From the NCBI GenBank assembly GCA_034530615.2, contig JAVRCV020000006.1:96001-160000 (forward strand): 64,000 nucleotides of DNA. Reading direction: 5' to 3'. This stretch comes from Aulosira sp. ZfuVER01 (GTDB lineage: Bacteria; Cyanobacteriota; Cyanobacteriia; Cyanobacteriales; Nostocaceae). A program made the translations under genes and the position numbers. The notes under the pieces were generated by a model that was not told the DNA's origin, did not search any database, and worked only from the letters and a program-made list of their open reading frames with translations. Of this stretch, positions 21,101 through 30,010 are shown piece by piece. The first letter of the stretch is position 1. Each line of letters starts with the position of its first letter.

Positions 21101-23237
21101 GTATTGCCTTGGCGATGGTAAGTGCTTCTTTCCACAACTCTGGTGGTAATTTCTCAGCTAATACACTCAACGCATTGGCGCGATAGTAGTCATTCCTAAC
21201 TGCCATAGAGGCGGTGAGTGCTTCTGTCCACAACTCTGGTAGTTTCTCGGCTAATGCTATCAGTGCAGGAGCGCGATCGCTATCATCCTGAATTGCCCTA
21301 GCGGTAGTGACTGCTTCAGAAAGTACTAGTTTCTCTAAATTGGCTGGCAAATAGTTGACTAACTCAACAACAGTTTCTACTTTCTCCTTTGGTTCTGGTT
21401 TTTGCAGGGCGTAAGCTAATCCCTGTTCAGGAGTCCAGATTTTATTTTTGACTAACGCCACCAGCATTTTGGCAGGTAAATTAGCTGCCAAACTATTCAA
21501 GGAAGCTGTAATCAAAGCATAGCGACACTGCAAACCTACCACTTGAGGCAGTGTTGATTCACTCCAACTCGCTTCAGCTAATTCCCAAGCACGAAAAATA
21601 TCTGTGATGTAACCTCCAGTTTGTCCCACTTTCTCCCGCGCTTCATGCCAGCCATTGCTTCCTGTTAGCGATTCCTCCCACAATAAAGAGTGAATTTCTT
21701 CTACCCGTTCAGCCTTTTCTAAATGCCAAACTAAATTTTGATGAATGTAACCATCATTAGCTAAGGTATGCCAGAGGTTGTTTTGCGTCTTTTGTTGATA
21801 GCGTTCTAGCAGTTGGCTGTGTGCAGCAATTAATTCCAAACCCATCCCTACAGGAGGAGATTTAGTTAAGCGATTACGAGCGACATCATGTAATAAGTCA
21901 TGTAACCTGTAGCCTCTCCACTCGACACCCCCAACAAATACAGGTGCATCAGATTGAAGTAAGGCATCATTCCAAAGTAGCTCTAAACATTCATTAGCTT
22001 CATCCTGGGATTTCATCTCCCATAATGTCACGGCCATTGGTGCGGCTATGGTGACATCTTCTGGTAACACTCCCAACCAAATAAAATTTTCCCAGGCTTG
22101 TTGGTCGTAGTCTTGTAAAGCTTTCAGGCTTAAATTAAAAGTTGCTTCTAAAGAATTTTCTTGACGCGGCCCGTATAAGACTTTTAAATTTGCAACCTCT
22201 TGTTTCAAAGCGGTTTCCAGCTTCTCCCATGTAATTCCCCATTTGACTCTGGCTGCTACTAAATTCAGAGCAATGGGCAGGTATCCTACAGTTTCGGCTA
22301 CTCTCAAAGCCTCTGGTTTTTCTACTTCTGTGATTTCTCGTTCTAAAGACTTAGAAAGTAATTCCAGCGATTCTGCTGGCGTCATCAAATTCAATTTCTG
22401 CAAATAAGCACCAACGCTATCAGCCACATCAGCCCGCCGCGAAGTAATTAATAGCTGCGATTGGGAACCTGCTACCATAAAGGGTTTAACTTTATCTGGT
22501 TCCCAAGCATCATCAACTACTAATAAAACTGTTTTATCATGTAGCAAACTTCGCAAATGTGTTGAAGTTCCCTCTACATTCACAGCACGAAATTCGTAGT
22601 CTCCCAAGGCTTGCACCCAGCTACTTAGTAGGGCAAGAATATCTGGTTCTTGTCCTAAAGTTGCCCAAAGCACACCACCAGAAAAACGTTTTTGGATATC
22701 CTCATCATGGGCAAGGGCTGTAATTAAAGTTGTCTTACCTATGCCACCTAAACCGTGAATTGCACTGATGAGCAACGCACCAGCAGCAGATGTATTTGCC
22801 AGTAGACGAGCTTTGATTTCTACAGTAACTTGTGGGCGATCGACAAAATTAGCAGGTAAACTCGGTGCTTGAAAAGGTCTGTCAATTGGGCGACGATAAT
22901 TAATAGTCAGGCTGCCTTCTACTCGACCGACAATAATATTGTTGTCACCCTTGATATTTTGCACGACATTTTCGTTACCGGAAATTGTTTGTGCAAACTC
23001 AGGCTGAATATGGGGATTTAAACTAGTTACAGCAGCTTCATCCTTTTCTGCGTTACCTAAAATTGGTTGTTTAACCTGAGACGGAATCTGAGGATTTAAA
23101 TTAGTTTTAGCAACTTCATTTCTCAGTAGATGTTGCTGACGTTTTAATCTTCGACGCTTCCCTTTTAAAAAGCCAGCTAACTTAGATAAAAAAAGTCTTA
23201 TCCGCTTCCATAACCTTCTCAGGCTGATTTTTTGCAC
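18195..23237 (-). CDS. NLR-like STAND protein: N-terminal putative amyloid motif, NB-ARC, APAF1-like helical region, ~31 HEAT/TPR-like repeats
   Basis: Walker A GLGGIGKT, Walker B LLVVDDAW, ITSR, GYLPIAL (GLPL-like) and LHDLLHD (MHD-like); SD GGGAG before the GTG start. Confidence 0.92.
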   Translation of the reverse strand: MQKISLRRLWKRIRLFLSKLAGFLKGKRRRLKRQQHLLRNEVAKTNLNPQIPSQVKQPILGNAEKDEAAVTSLNPHIQPEFAQTISGNENVVQNIKGDNNIIVGRVEGSLTINYRRPIDRPFQAPSLPANFVDRPQVTVEIKARLLANTSAAGALLISAIHGLGGIGKTTLITALAHDEDIQKRFSGGVLWATLGQEPDILALLSSWVQALGDYEFRAVNVEGTSTHLRSLLHDKTVLLVVDDAWEPDKVKPFMVAGSQSQLLITSRRADVADSVGAYLQKLNLMTPAESLELLSKSLEREITEVEKPEALRVAETVGYLPIALNLVAARVKWGITWEKLETALKQEVANLKVLYGPRQENSLEATFNLSLKALQDYDQQAWENFIWLGVLPEDVTIAAPMAVTLWEMKSQDEANECLELLWNDALLQSDAPVFVGGVEWRGYRLHDLLHDVARNRLTKSPPVGMGLELIAAHSQLLERYQQKTQNNLWHTLANDGYIHQNLVWHLEKAERVEEIHSLLWEESLTGSNGWHEAREKVGQTGGYITDIFRAWELAEASWSESTLPQVVGLQCRYALITASLNSLAANLPAKMLVALVKNKIWTPEQGLAYALQKPEPKEKVETVVELVNYLPANLEKLVLSEAVTTARAIQDDSDRAPALIALAEKLPELWTEALTASMAVRNDYYRANALSVLAEKLPPELWKEALTIAKAIPDESDRANALIALAKQLPSELLKEALSAAKAIEIDYVRADALIALAEKLPPELLKEALSIARVIEYEEYRAKALSALIQKLPEFCPEALTDARAIQDDSDRALALIALAEKQPELWTETLNNVSAIQYEGKRANALSKLVEKLPPELLKEALTAARAIQDEQYRAEVLIVLAEKLPELWTETLTTATAIQIEFYRALALIVLAEKLPPELLKEALTTARALESKAQRAKALSALAEKLPELWPEALTTATVIYPDSDRTNALIALAKKLPPELLEAALACAGSIQNEYYRTPTLSALAEKLPPQLLTEALTVARAIQDEKPRADALIALAQKLPSELLLEVLSAIQAIQDEESRTNALIALAEKLPPELLLEVLSAIQAIQNEWYRAEALKALVKKLAPELLKAALTTAMAIQDEGHRADVLIALVKKLPPELLKAALITAMAIQDEGYRADVLIALAEKLKPELLKEVLTAVNTIQDEKSRVDVLSALTEKLPPELMPDALITARAIQDEWYRGRSLSEIAEKLPPELLKEALTTAMTIQDDKSRAKALIALAAKLPPELLKEALTAAKAIQDDKSRANALIALAAKLPPELLKEALTAAREIQNDSYRAQVLIALGEKLPELLPEALTAVKAIESEWNRTEALSEIADKLPLELLKEALTTAMAIEYDNYRAQVLIALAKKLRPEFLKEVISAIQAIEYDGNRTEFLIALGERLPELLKEVLSAIKVIEDDYYRAEFLIALGERLPSEVLKEVLTAAREIQDEKYRAQVLSALAEKLPPELLLEVLSTARMIESEWNRAQVLSALAEKLPPELLKEVLTAAREIQNDSDRAQVLIALAKKLPELLKEALTTTSAIEHEKSRAELLIALAEKLPPELLKEALSTARAIESEESRVQVLIALASGCSQILSGDIFPFWRDVLHELSLHTRPILLPDIKALFPVIFALGGEATMAEIAHGVVDVGRWWR
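18393..21300 (-). repeat. About 31 tandem coding repeats of 93/96 bp (31/32 aa)
   Basis: Consensus [DE]xxRAxALIALAEKLP(P)ELLKEALTAARAIQD, counted by eye. Confidence 0.9.
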
Positions 23238-23269
23238 TGTGTTAACTCCCCAATATTCTGCCTCTTTAA

Positions 23270-23719
23270 CTAATTGATAGTTACATGATCTCCTGCTCTA
23301 GCAATAGACTTATTACCATCACCCGCAATATTCTGCACTTGGTTCTCATTGCCAGAGATTGTTTGATTAAAGCTATTCACAACTTTAGAAATTGTGTCTG
23401 CATCTTCCTGCATTAAACGAGCAATTTCCGCAGCTAAATTTTTATCTTCATCGAGTAATTTCTTGAGTTGTTTCTGGAGTGTTTCCTTGGCATCTGCATC
23501 ATCAGGAGAACTTGCCAACTCTTCTGCTGCACCTTTCGCCATTGGCTTGGCTTCTACCTTTGGTTGCAACTTACTCCACAAAGATTTAGCCTTTTCCCAG
23601 TCATTAGCGCCCAAGCTTTCACCCAGTTTCTTACCAGCTTCTTCGGCTGCTGTCTGTCCTACTTTGAGCAAGTACGGTAAAAATGGGGTTAAGAAAGTAG
23701 TTAAAGTTACTATATCCAT
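23270..23719 (-). CDS. Small helical Bell-like putative effector with a C-terminal putative amyloid motif
   Basis: Start MDIVTL (SD GGAG 7 nt upstream); hydrophobic N-terminal helix, then WEKAKSLWSKL and PDDADAKETL; C-terminal QTISGNENQVQNIAGDGNKSIARAGDHVTIN matches the NLR N-terminus. Confidence 0.8.
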   Translation of the reverse strand: MDIVTLTTFLTPFLPYLLKVGQTAAEEAGKKLGESLGANDWEKAKSLWSKLQPKVEAKPMAKGAAEELASSPDDADAKETLQKQLKKLLDEDKNLAAEIARLMQEDADTISKVVNSFNQTISGNENQVQNIAGDGNKSIARAGDHVTIN

Positions 23720-23887
23720 TTGTTTACTCCGATTGTAAAGACGTAGAATACTGGTCAATTACCACAAATGACTCTGTATTAACATCTAAAGAATCAGGGG
23801 TCAAACTCAGGGGAAATACTTAATATGGTCGCCTAGTTTGGCGATCGCTACCTCTGTTACGTACTAGTAAATGCGATCGCCTACTCA

Positions 23888-24436
23888 TTACTCACCAGCA
23901 AAGAAAGCAAACTCCGATTTAATATTCCAACGCCTACCGTCGTGAATTAATAAAGTCAACTTGTCGGCAGTAAACTCAAAATGTAACTGCCGATTTTCAA
24001 ATTCTGGCCAAGCTGCTTTAAAGTTCTGTCGCGTTAAGTCCCGAAAAGCCACTGTCATGTGGGGTGCAAAGGGGCGAGTTTTGCCAACTTTGTCTACAAT
24101 GCCCAAACTTGCTTCTACATACGCCATTAAATCTGCTTGCAGAGTCAACAGTTCTTGGCTTCTCACCACATCTATATATATGACGCGGGGGGCAAAGGCA
24201 GCAAACCCACTCAGCGTAACGGGTAGTGGTTTTTGTTCGCTAGCAAACTCCCTAATAGATGCTTCTAGCCGTGACACATCGCTATTTGCCCATTCAAAAG
24301 GCGGTTGCAGCGTAATGTGAGGCGGAGACTTTTGCGCATGACTGCTGGCGTAGTTGTCAGCAAAGTACTGCTTGATTTGATTAGCGTAATCTTGAATGTC
24401 TTGCGGTGGTAGTAGGGCAATAAAAAAGCGGCTCAT
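23888..24436 (-). CDS. 2H phosphoesterase (2'-5' RNA ligase family)
   Basis: Two HxT motifs: PPHITL and PHMTV. Confidence 0.9.
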   Translation of the reverse strand: MSRFFIALLPPQDIQDYANQIKQYFADNYASSHAQKSPPHITLQPPFEWANSDVSRLEASIREFASEQKPLPVTLSGFAAFAPRVIYIDVVRSQELLTLQADLMAYVEASLGIVDKVGKTRPFAPHMTVAFRDLTRQNFKAAWPEFENRQLHFEFTADKLTLLIHDGRRWNIKSEFAFFAGE

Positions 24437-24547
24437 TCAATTTTGGATTTTAGATTTTGGATTTTAAATTAAGATTGAGCAGCAAAGGCTGGTAGGAAGA
24501 TATTACAACTAGATGACGATGGAAAAATTCTAGAGGTTGAAAGTTAA

Positions 24548-24814
24548 ATGCCTTGGTTTGTAAAGATTGAAGCAGGTAAAGTGGATAAACCTACCTTTGA
24601 CCAATACGTAGCCGCCCATAAAGCTTACGTTCAGGATTTGATTACTAAAGGACACAAAGCCAGAACAGGATACTGGGCAGAATTCGGAGGCGGGATGATG
24701 CTGTTTGAGGCAAAATCGATGGACGAAGCCCAAGCAATTGTAGCCCTTGACCCATTGGTACAAAACGGTTGTGTGAATTATCAGCTACACGAATGGCGAA
24801 TTGTAGTGGAATAA
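24548..24814 (+). CDS. YciI family protein
   Basis: H..Y, GGGMMLFEA and DPLVQNG motifs. Confidence 0.85.
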   Translation: MPWFVKIEAGKVDKPTFDQYVAAHKAYVQDLITKGHKARTGYWAEFGGGMMLFEAKSMDEAQAIVALDPLVQNGCVNYQLHEWRIVVE

Positions 24815-24850
24815 CACCAATTACTGAATTTTAGTGTTATTCTATTAATA

Positions 24851-24947
24851 GACCTGGACCTATGCGACTTCAACGCCCAAATCTTGTCAGGACCGGAAGG
24901 TAGCAGCAATACGGGATGCTTGTGGTAGGCGTAGAATCCGGGTCGCC
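24851..24947 (+). ncRNA. ffs: Signal recognition particle RNA (4.5S)
   Basis: Domain IV motif TCAGGACCGGAAGGTAGCAGC; terminal pairing GACCTGGA / TCCGGGTC. Confidence 0.92.
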
Positions 24948-24972
24948 CTATTTGTAGGAGCGTTCAGCAGCA

Positions 24973-25359
24973 ATGCCTGGTTTTGGAGATATTGTTCAAA
25001 AAGCTTTTTACCTCGGTGTTGGATTAGCTTCTTACGCGGGTGAGAAAGCAGGGGGAAAACTAGCCGAACTGCGATCGCAAGTCCAAAAACTGGCAGATGA
25101 AATGGTGGCAAAGGGCGAAATGACAACGGATGAAGCCCGTCGCTTTGTCGAAGATATGATGAAGCAAGCTCAACAGCCCCAATCATCTGGTGCAGCTACA
25201 GACAAAACACCGCCTGCTGAACCTCGCCGCATCGAAATTTTAGAGGAAGATGAAGAGCCAACGGCTAAAGATTCTTCAAGCGATGATGATGTAGATGGAT
25301 TGCGTGCCCAAGTGCTAGAACTACAAGAAGAGTTAAAACGGCTGCAACGTGATGAGTAG
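24973..25359 (+). CDS. Phasin-like family protein
   Basis: KAFYLGVGLA...DEMVAKGEMT.DEARRFVEDM pattern and a C-terminal coiled coil. Confidence 0.7.
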   Translation: MPGFGDIVQKAFYLGVGLASYAGEKAGGKLAELRSQVQKLADEMVAKGEMTTDEARRFVEDMMKQAQQPQSSGAATDKTPPAEPRRIEILEEDEEPTAKDSSSDDDVDGLRAQVLELQEELKRLQRDE

Positions 25360-25490
25360 CCAATAACAGCAATTTAGCAAAAGCACAAAACACAGTAAAT
25401 TTTTGAATATACTTTGTTTAGGATCTACCTAGTACTTCCAGCCAGGTCACACTGAGCGCTCTATTTATAGCCAGTAAAGGCGTCAAGTTT

Positions 25491-25886
25491 ATGGACAAGT
25501 GGCAGAAAGATTTGATTGACATCATTGAGACTGTGGCTGTTGAAGTAGAACACTTTTTCTTAGGAATGAGTGACATGGTAGACGCTTTTTTAGAACTGAC
25601 AGAAGAAATTACTGAGCAGGTACACACTACAATTGCCACTGAAGTTGACCAGTATTTACACGACCTAGCCGAACCAATGATGGAGGTTTACTGGGAACTA
25701 GAAGACGTAGTAGGAGATGTAGATCCGGGTTTTCCTTATCCAGTTGAACCCACACCAGATAAAAACCCCGCCTGCGTTGGTTGCACTAACTACCACGGTC
25801 AAGTATATGGTGGTAATTTGTTAGTTTGTGCCATGCATCCCCACGGCTGGGATGATAGTAATTGTCCAGACTGGGAACAGGAGTAG
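25491..25886 (+). CDS. Hypothetical protein with a Cys/His-rich C-terminus
   Basis: Acidic helical N-terminus; PACVGCTNYHG...CAMHP.G...CPDW. Confidence 0.8.
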   Translation: MDKWQKDLIDIIETVAVEVEHFFLGMSDMVDAFLELTEEITEQVHTTIATEVDQYLHDLAEPMMEVYWELEDVVGDVDPGFPYPVEPTPDKNPACVGCTNYHGQVYGGNLLVCAMHPHGWDDSNCPDWEQE

Positions 25887-25946
25887 GGCAAGGGAAGCAG
25901 AGACGCGGGGATGGCTAGACGCGGAGACGCGGAGAATGGCATATAA

Positions 25947-25983
25947 CAAATGACAAATGACAAATGACAAATGACAAATGACA
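25947..25983. repeat. STRR heptamer array (CAAATGA)n overlapping the queF start
   Basis: About five tandem copies; the ATG within the last unit is the ORF start. Confidence 0.85.
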
Positions 25984-26376
25984 ACTGACACCAAAGAAAT
26001 AAAGTATGGCGAACGTGAGATTGCGGAAGGGCAATTAATTACCTTTCCGAATCCGCGTGTGGGTAGGCGATATGACATTAGCATTACTTTGCCGGAGTTT
26101 ACCTGTAAATGTCCGTTTTCCGGCTATCCAGATTTTGCGACGATTTATATTAGCTACGTACCTGATGAGCGTGTAGTGGAATTAAAGGCACTCAAGCTTT
26201 ACATTAACAGTTACCGCGATCGCTATATTTCTCACGAAGAGTCGGCTAATCAAATTCTCGATGATTTTGTCGCCGCTTGCGATCCCCTAGAAGCAACGGT
26301 AAAGGCAGATTTTACTCCCCGTGGTAATGTGCATACAGTAGTAGAAGTGCGGCATCACAAGCCAGCGAATCAGTAA
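25978..26376 (+). CDS. queF: NADPH-dependent 7-cyano-7-deazaguanine reductase (preQ1 synthase)
   Basis: PEFTCKCPFSGYPDFA, VELKALKLY, SHEE and PRGN motifs. Confidence 0.96.
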   Translation: MTTDTKEIKYGEREIAEGQLITFPNPRVGRRYDISITLPEFTCKCPFSGYPDFATIYISYVPDERVVELKALKLYINSYRDRYISHEESANQILDDFVAACDPLEATVKADFTPRGNVHTVVEVRHHKPANQ

Positions 26377-26382
26377 TATCGT

Positions 26383-27435
26383 TTACTTAGAAATTCCTTT
26401 GGACGCAGACTGCACCTGAACTACAACTGTTGGAGAAAGAGGAATATATCCTAGTTCTTTACTCGATTTTTGTCCTTCAGTCACAGCCCAGTCAATAAAC
26501 TTTTTTAGTTCTTGGGCTTTGACTGGGTTTTGATATTGTTTATAAGTTAGCAGCCAAGTGTAAGTAACGATAGGATAAGATTGCTTGCCTGTGGGATCGC
26601 TAATAAAACTAATCAAGCTATTAGCAGGTAATTTGACTGCTTCTAAGGTTCTCGCCACCGACTCTGGTGTGGGGATAATGTAATTACCAGATTTATTTTC
26701 CAAAGCAGCCACAGGTAGTTTATTAGTGGTAGCGTAAACATACTCCACATAGCCAATAGCTCCTGGGATTTGTTGAATTTGGGCGGTAACACCTTCATTC
26801 CCCTTAGCACCAATTCCCACTGGCCATTGTATAGATCTACCAGCCCCGACTTTACTTTTCCATTCGGGATTGACAGCACTTAGATGTTCTGTAAAAACGC
26901 TGGTTGTACCACTTCCATCAGATCTGTGTACAACCTTAATTGCTAAATTAGGTAAATTTACACCTGGATTAGCTACAGCTATTTGAGGATCGTTCCAATT
27001 CGTAATTTTTCCTAAAAAGATACCTGTGTAGACTTGGCGTGATAATTTTAGCACCGTTGGTATTTCTGGAAGATTGTAAGCTAGCACTATCGACCCAGCA
27101 GTCATGGGTAAAGCGATTACTCCTCTTTTTACCTTCGCCGCTTGTTCATGTGTAATTCCTACATCACTAGCGGCGAAGTCCACAGTACCATCGATGAGTT
27201 GTTGTACTCCTACACTGCTTCCTAGAGATTGATAGTTAATTTCTACATTGGGATTTCGTTGGTTGTAATCTGCAATCCAGCGCTGGTATAAAGGTGCAGG
27301 AAAACTTGCTCCAGCACCAATCAGAGAAACAGTCTTGATGGTTGTAGAATCAGCAGCACAGGAAGCAATACTCAACGAGACAGCGATTAGAGGTAGAAAG
27401 TAAGGCAATCGCTTAAATTTAAGTTGAGTAGTCAT
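26383..27435 (-). CDS. pstS: Phosphate ABC transporter substrate-binding lipoprotein
   Basis: Lipobox IASC; GAGASFPAPLY, VDFAASD, HRSDGSGTT, GKQSYPI motifs. Confidence 0.95.
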   Translation of the reverse strand: MTTQLKFKRLPYFLPLIAVSLSIASCAADSTTIKTVSLIGAGASFPAPLYQRWIADYNQRNPNVEINYQSLGSSVGVQQLIDGTVDFAASDVGITHEQAAKVKRGVIALPMTAGSIVLAYNLPEIPTVLKLSRQVYTGIFLGKITNWNDPQIAVANPGVNLPNLAIKVVHRSDGSGTTSVFTEHLSAVNPEWKSKVGAGRSIQWPVGIGAKGNEGVTAQIQQIPGAIGYVEYVYATTNKLPVAALENKSGNYIIPTPESVARTLEAVKLPANSLISFISDPTGKQSYPIVTYTWLLTYKQYQNPVKAQELKKFIDWAVTEGQKSSKELGYIPLSPTVVVQVQSASKGISK

Positions 27436-27579
27436 ACCAATCTTGAGTTCCAATGTTTAATTAATAGCCCTGGCAATTCTCCAGGCTGTATCTGTACTGA
27501 TGAAAAAGGAAATTTTATTCAAGAAATTTGTTAGCTATATATTGTGACGATAATTTTACTCAAAAGCAATCTATAAATT

Positions 27580-28989
27580 TCATAAATTAGATGCTAGAGA
27601 GCCTGTAGGTTTAGTATCATTGCCATCTTCTAAGGGATTACTCAACTTATCTAAAATTTCCAAAACTTGCTGTTCAAAAGCAACTTGGGCGCGATTAGTT
27701 TTACCACCAACAAAAAGGCGATCGCCTTTTTGCAATGCCCAAATTTGTGAGTGAGAAAAGTAACTCATCACCACACCCAACATTAATAAAGCAAATCCTG
27801 TGTACACAATTGGTATACCGGGATCGGCTTTAATTTGTAAGCCAGTGCTGCCAATTAATTCGACAATTTTTAGCCTTACCCCATTAACTTGAGTAGCCAT
27901 TCCCGCACGCACAGTATCAATCAACTTACCCGTGGCATCGTAAATTAATACCATACCTTGTAAGTCTTTAGCTATTAAAGAAACGCCTTCACTTAAATCT
28001 GGTTTTGTGGGAATCCAAGTACCCCAAATGCGCCCTTGTCCATTGGTGTCCAATGGTGCCATTGGCAATTGGAAAATGGGGCTGTTATTAAATTTAACGC
28101 GAACACCTGAAAGTCCCCAATCAGTTTGATAGAAAGTGACGCCATGATAACGCAGAGGTTGATTAACAAAAATCTTTTTGTGGTCAACTTCCTGTCCCTG
28201 ATTATTTAAGACAGACATATCTGAATAAAACTGGTCGATTCCACCACTAGGGGTATAGTCAATCCAAAATCGATTAACTCTTACAGACCAATCTTTAGGA
28301 ACTTGAGATAAGGCTAAAGGCCCCGCATCGATAATATTTTTTACCTGAAATGTATCGCCGCTGGGAACCATTTCTTGAGCAACAAAACCAGTCATCGCTC
28401 CCCAAATTCCTCCTAAAAGAATTGTGACGATACCGATATGAACGATAATCGGGCCGATGCGTCCAACTATTCCTTTACGGGCGTAGAGAATATCGTTTTT
28501 TTCTTGAAAAATCTTATAACGCTGCTTTTTTAATATTTGAGTAAGCGTACTCAAGGAACCAGTATCTAGTTCTGCACTCAAAGCTAATTTTTGAAATTGT
28601 CGCGGTTCATCGTAATATTTCCATCTTTGGGCAGCTTTTAAAGCTGGGAGTTGGCGAGTAAAAGTACAAGCAGTCAAACTAGTACCAAATAACACCAGCA
28701 AACTAAGAAACCACCAAGTCCGATATACATGATCTAATCCGACTACTTGAATCACCTTCCAACTCAGGAAGCCAAATAAGGCTGGATGTTCTGGGTAGTT
28801 AGCTTGATAAAATGCCGGTGACTGACCTTGTTCGATGACAGTACCGCTAACGCTAAATAAGGCAATTAATAGTAAAAGTGCGATCGCTAACCGTAAATCT
28901 GTAAGTACAGGTAAAAACTCTCGTCGCAAGAAGCGCCCAAGTAATGACCACCAACTTGATTCTGTGGTCGTTGAATTTTCTGTTGTCAT
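27580..28989 (-). CDS. ccsB: Cytochrome c biogenesis protein Ccs1/CcsB (ResB family)
   Basis: [32 protein letters not shown] and [10 protein letters not shown] motifs. Confidence 0.93.
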   Translation of the reverse strand: MTTENSTTTESSWWSLLGRFLRREFLPVLTDLRLAIALLLLIALFSVSGTVIEQGQSPAFYQANYPEHPALFGFLSWKVIQVVGLDHVYRTWWFLSLLVLFGTSLTACTFTRQLPALKAAQRWKYYDEPRQFQKLALSAELDTGSLSTLTQILKKQRYKIFQEKNDILYARKGIVGRIGPIIVHIGIVTILLGGIWGAMTGFVAQEMVPSGDTFQVKNIIDAGPLALSQVPKDWSVRVNRFWIDYTPSGGIDQFYSDMSVLNNQGQEVDHKKIFVNQPLRYHGVTFYQTDWGLSGVRVKFNNSPIFQLPMAPLDTNGQGRIWGTWIPTKPDLSEGVSLIAKDLQGMVLIYDATGKLIDTVRAGMATQVNGVRLKIVELIGSTGLQIKADPGIPIVYTGFALLMLGVVMSYFSHSQIWALQKGDRLFVGGKTNRAQVAFEQQVLEILDKLSNPLEDGNDTKPTGSLASNL

Positions 28990-28992
28990 TGC

Positions 28993-29733
28993 TCAAAAAC
29001 TTCCAAAGGGAATGCGCGAAATTAAGGAAAACACACCAAAGCCTACCAACAACACACCGCTAACTGGATTAATCCAACCAGACCAACGACGCAATTCCAA
29101 CAGCTTTTTAATTGCAGCTGTAAAAGTACCTGCCAAAATTAATGGTGCTACATAGCCTACTGTGTAAGCAATTAGCAAAATAGCCCCTAAAATTAAGTCT
29201 TGGGTATTCGCCACCCAACCCAGCAAGCTAGCTAAAACTGGGGTACTACAAGGTGAAGCAACTAAGCCAAAAGTCAAGCCAATAGAGTAGGAACGCACTC
29301 CTGGCGGTAAATCTTGCGAAATCCAATTAGTTTCGCCCAAGGAAGGAAATTGTAGAGGTAATGCTTCCAGTAGGTTTAACCCCATGAGAATGGCGATAAT
29401 GCTGACAATAATCGGTAAACCCATTCCCACTTGACCGTAAACTTTGCCCACAAAAGCTGCTATTACTCCCAATCCTGCTAACGTGGTTGCTAATCCCAGC
29501 GCGAACCAAGTTGATTGGGCTGCTGCTTGCAGACGGCTTTTCGCTTCATAGCCACCGATATAGCCAATGGTAATTGGCAGCATAGAAAGCATACAGGGCG
29601 TCAGGCTCGTAAGTAGACCAGCCGCAAAAATAATGCCAATACTCACCACGCTGAGATGTCCCAATTGGTTAGAGACAAGGGTATTGGCAAATTGTTCTAG
29701 TTTGTACAGTTGGATTTGCAAAGTCTCAAGCAT
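28993..29733 (-). CDS. ccdA: Cytochrome c biogenesis thiol:disulfide transporter CcdA
   Basis: TSLTPCMLSMLP and ASPCSTPVL motifs; adjacent to ccsB. Confidence 0.93.
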   Translation of the reverse strand: MLETLQIQLYKLEQFANTLVSNQLGHLSVVSIGIIFAAGLLTSLTPCMLSMLPITIGYIGGYEAKSRLQAAAQSTWFALGLATTLAGLGVIAAFVGKVYGQVGMGLPIIVSIIAILMGLNLLEALPLQFPSLGETNWISQDLPPGVRSYSIGLTFGLVASPCSTPVLASLLGWVANTQDLILGAILLIAYTVGYVAPLILAGTFTAAIKKLLELRRWSGWINPVSGVLLVGFGVFSLISRIPFGSF

Positions 29734-30010
29734 GGGGCAGTATGACAAGGAAATGCTTACTATGCTTGAATTTTAGCTTAGTTTGGGACTTTGGGTGGGA
29801 GTCAGAGGCGAAGGCGATCGCTTCTTTGGGATGTATTCTACTCTGCCATAAAAATCTCTGTTGCTTATTTCTCAGTGCCTCTGTGGTTTAAAATTTTTGA
29901 CCACGGAGAACCGAAGACACAAAGGTAAAAAGGTTTTCATCCGTCTTAACGTATCCGGCCTAATGAATACAAATGCAAAATATGAATAAAATCAGCATCT
30001 AAATATAAAT

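Noticed and set aside
18393..21300. Long regular repeat array as a possible CRISPR or TALE
   Set aside because: Units are in-frame 93/96-bp coding repeats with no unique spacers or cas genes, and they lack the TALE consensus.
23888..24436. 2H phosphoesterase as a component of the NLR system
   Set aside because: It is co-oriented but looks like an ordinary conserved cyanobacterial gene, separated by HIP1-containing spacer DNA; there is no sequence evidence of a functional link.
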